Assembly (NCBI GenBank): GCA_964016885.1
Contig: OZ024747.1
Span: 32,550,001-32,614,000 of the forward strand
Source of the DNA: Eledone cirrhosa
Taxonomy: Eukaryota
Length of the DNA stretch: 64,000 nucleotides
Reading direction: 5' to 3'
Part shown: piece by piece, positions 60,801 to 64,000 of the stretch
Position numbering within the stretch: position 1 is the first letter of the stretch
Layout of the letters: each line of letters opens with the position of its first letter
Position numbers and translations under genes: made by a program
The notes under the pieces: generated by a model
Databases searched by the model: none
What the model was told of the DNA's origin: nothing
What the model saw: only the letters and a program-made list of their open reading frames with translations

Positions 60801-63800
60801 ACATTATCATCATTACCAACATTATCATCATTACCATAATTATCATCGTTACAATCATTACCATCATTATCATCATTAGCAACATTACCAACATTATCAA
60901 CATTAACAACATTATCATCATTACCATCATTACTACATTATCATCATTATCATCACTACCAACATTACCATCATGACCAACATTATCATCATTAACATCA
61001 TTATCATAATTATCATCATTACCAACATTATCATCATAACCAACATTACCATCATTACCAACATTATAATCATTACCATCATTACTAATATTATCATCAT
61101 TACTAACATTACCAACATTATCATCATCACCAACATTACCAACATTATCGTCATTATTAACATTACCTACAGTATCATTATCACCAATATTACCATCATT
61201 ACCAACATTACAAACATTACCAACATTACCATCATTACCATCATTACCAACATTACCATCATTACCAACATTACCAACATTACCAACATTACCATCATTA
61301 CCATCATTACCAACACTACCATCATTACCAACATTACAAACATTATCATCATTACCATCATTACCATCATTACCAACGTTTTCACCATTACCAACATTAT
61401 CATCAATACAGTCATTATCATCATTACCAACATTATCATCATAACCAACATTACCATCATTACCAACATTATCATCATTACCATCATTACCAACATTATC
61501 ATCATTATCAACATTACAATCATTATCAACATTATCATCATTACCAACATTTCCAACATTACCATCATTACCATCATGACCAACATTACCATCATTACCA
61601 ACATTATCATCATCACCAACATTACCAACATTAGCGTCATTATTAACATTACCTACAGTATCATTATCACCAACATTACCAACATTATCATCATTACTAA
61701 CGTTACCAACATTACCATCATTACCATCATTACCAACATTACCAACATTACGATCATTACCAACAGTGCCAACATTATCATCATGACCAAAATTACCAAA
61801 ATTATCATCGTTACCATCATTGCCATCATTATCATCATTACCAACATTATCATCATTACCAACATTGCCAACATTATCATCGTTAACAACATTACCAACA
61901 TTATCATCATTATCAACATTACCAACATTATCATCGTTACCATCATTATCATCATTACCAACATTATCAACATTACCACCATTACCAACATTATCATCAT
62001 TACCAATATTACCAACATTACCAACATTACCAACATTACCAACATTATCATCATTACCTACATTATCATCATTACCATCATTACCAACATTACCAACATT
62101 ACCAACATTACCATCATTACCAACATTACCATCATTACCAACATCATCATCATTACCAACATTAACGACATTACCATCATTACCAACATCACCAACATTA
62201 TCATCATTACCAACACTATCATTATTATCAATATTACCATCATTACCAACATTATCATCATTACCAACATTACCAACATTATCATCATTACCAATATTAC
62301 CATCATTATCATCAATACTATCATTACCAACATTACCAACATTATCATTATTACCAAAATTAGCATCATTACCAACATTATCATCATTATAATATTACCA
62401 TCATTACCATCATTACTACATTATCATCATTATCATCACCAACATTATCATTACCAACATTATCATTACCAACATTATCATTATTACCAACACTATTAAG
62501 ATTATAATCATTACCATCATTATCATCATTACCATCATTACCAACATTAACATTATCAACATTAACAAAATTATCAACATTAACAAGATACCATCATTAC
62601 CAACATTACCATCATTACCAATAGTACCATCATTATCATCATTATCATCATTACCAACATTATCATCATTACCAAAATTATCATCATTACCATCATTACC
62701 ATCATTATCATCATTACCATCATTACCAACATTAACATTATCAACATTAACAAAATTATCATCATTACCATCATTACCAACATTACCAACATTATCATTA
62801 TTACCAAAATTACCATCTTTACCAACATTATCATCATTATCATCATTACCAACATTATCATCATTACCAACATTATCATCATTACCATCATTACCATCAT
62901 TATCATCATTACCATCATTACCAACATTAACATTATCAACATTAACAACATTATCATCATTACCATCATTACCAACATTACCAACATTATCATCATCACC
63001 AACATTATCATCATTACCAACATTACCAACATTATCATCATTACCAACATTACCATCATTACCAACATTACCAACATTATCACCATCATTAACAACATTA
63101 TCATTATTACCATCATTATCATCATTACCAACATTGCCAACATTACCATCATGACCAACATTACCATCATTATCATCATTACCAACATTATCATCATTAC
63201 CAACATTGCCAACATTATCATCATTAACAACATTACCAACATTATCAACATTACCAACATTACCAACATTATCATCATTACCAACATTACCAACATTATC
63301 ATTATTACCAACATTATCATCATTACCATCATTATCATCATTACCAACATTATCATCATTACCAACATTATCATCAATACCAACATTATCAACATTATCA
63401 TCATTACCATCATTATCATCATTACCAATATTATCAACATTATCATCATTATCATCATTACCAACATTACCAATATTATTATCATTACCAACATTACCAA
63501 CATTATAATCATTACCATCATTATCAACATTATCAACATTATCATCGTTAATATCATTATCATCATTACCAACATTATCAACATTACCACCATTACCAGC
63601 ATTACCATCATTACCAACATTACCAACATTACCAACATTATCATCAATACCATCATTACCAACATTATCATCACTACCAATGTTACCAACATTACCAACA
63701 TTACCAACATTAACAACATTACCAACATTACCAACATTATCAACATTAACAACATTATCATCATTACCAACATTACCAACATTATCTTTATTACCAAAAT

Positions 63801-64000
63801 TACCATCTTTACCAACATTATCATCATTACCATCATTACCAACATTATCATCATTACCAATATTACCATCATTACCAACATTACCAACATTACCAACATT
63901 ATCATTATTACCAATATTACCATCATTACCAACATTATCATCATTACCATCATTACCAACATTATCATCATTACCAACATTACCAACATTACCAACATTA
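24855..64000. repeat. Giant 9-bp satellite ATT-(ACC|ATC)-(AAC|ATC) with higher-order duplications; continues beyond the window
   Basis: More than 39 kb of ATTACCAAC, ATTACCATC, ATTATCATC and ATTATCAAC units. The + strand is almost G-free, and rare variants recur as landmarks. No foreign insertion was seen. Confidence 0.98.

Noticed and set aside
24810-63998. Dozens of long Met/Val/Leu/Ile, Leu-Pro-Thr and Thr-Asn-Ile ORFs as annotated genes
   Set aside because: The 9-bp unit has no stop in five of six frames, so long ORFs are expected. No signal peptide, unique domain or splice evidence was seen, so they are kept only as hypotheses.

Overview
This is AT-rich, microsatellite-dense eukaryotic DNA; the repeat families suggest a mollusc, probably an octopus (inference). 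No host protein-coding gene, rRNA, tRNA gene or CRISPR array is supportable. The first ~24.8 kb is a patchwork of transposable elements. It holds a decayed Penelope-like element with a downstream hammerhead ribozyme, a decayed R4/Dong-type restriction-like-endonuclease LINE, and a young 5'-truncated CR1/L2-group LINE inserted in (TA)n. It also holds RTE 3' ends, three SINE-like families, a mariner-type MITE, several fold-backs (including a 138-bp-arm palindrome with a second hammerhead-like motif) and two quasi-palindromic minisatellites sharing a core. From ~24,855 to the window end (>39 kb) lies one giant 9-bp satellite, ATT-(ACC/ATC)-(AAC/ATC), with kilobase-scale higher-order duplications. 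Five of its six frames are intrinsically stop-free. On the + strand its long ORFs are chained by ATGA/TAATG overlaps, and a recurring cassette of three -1 deletions restores the frame. Composition largely explains this, and coding function is unproven.
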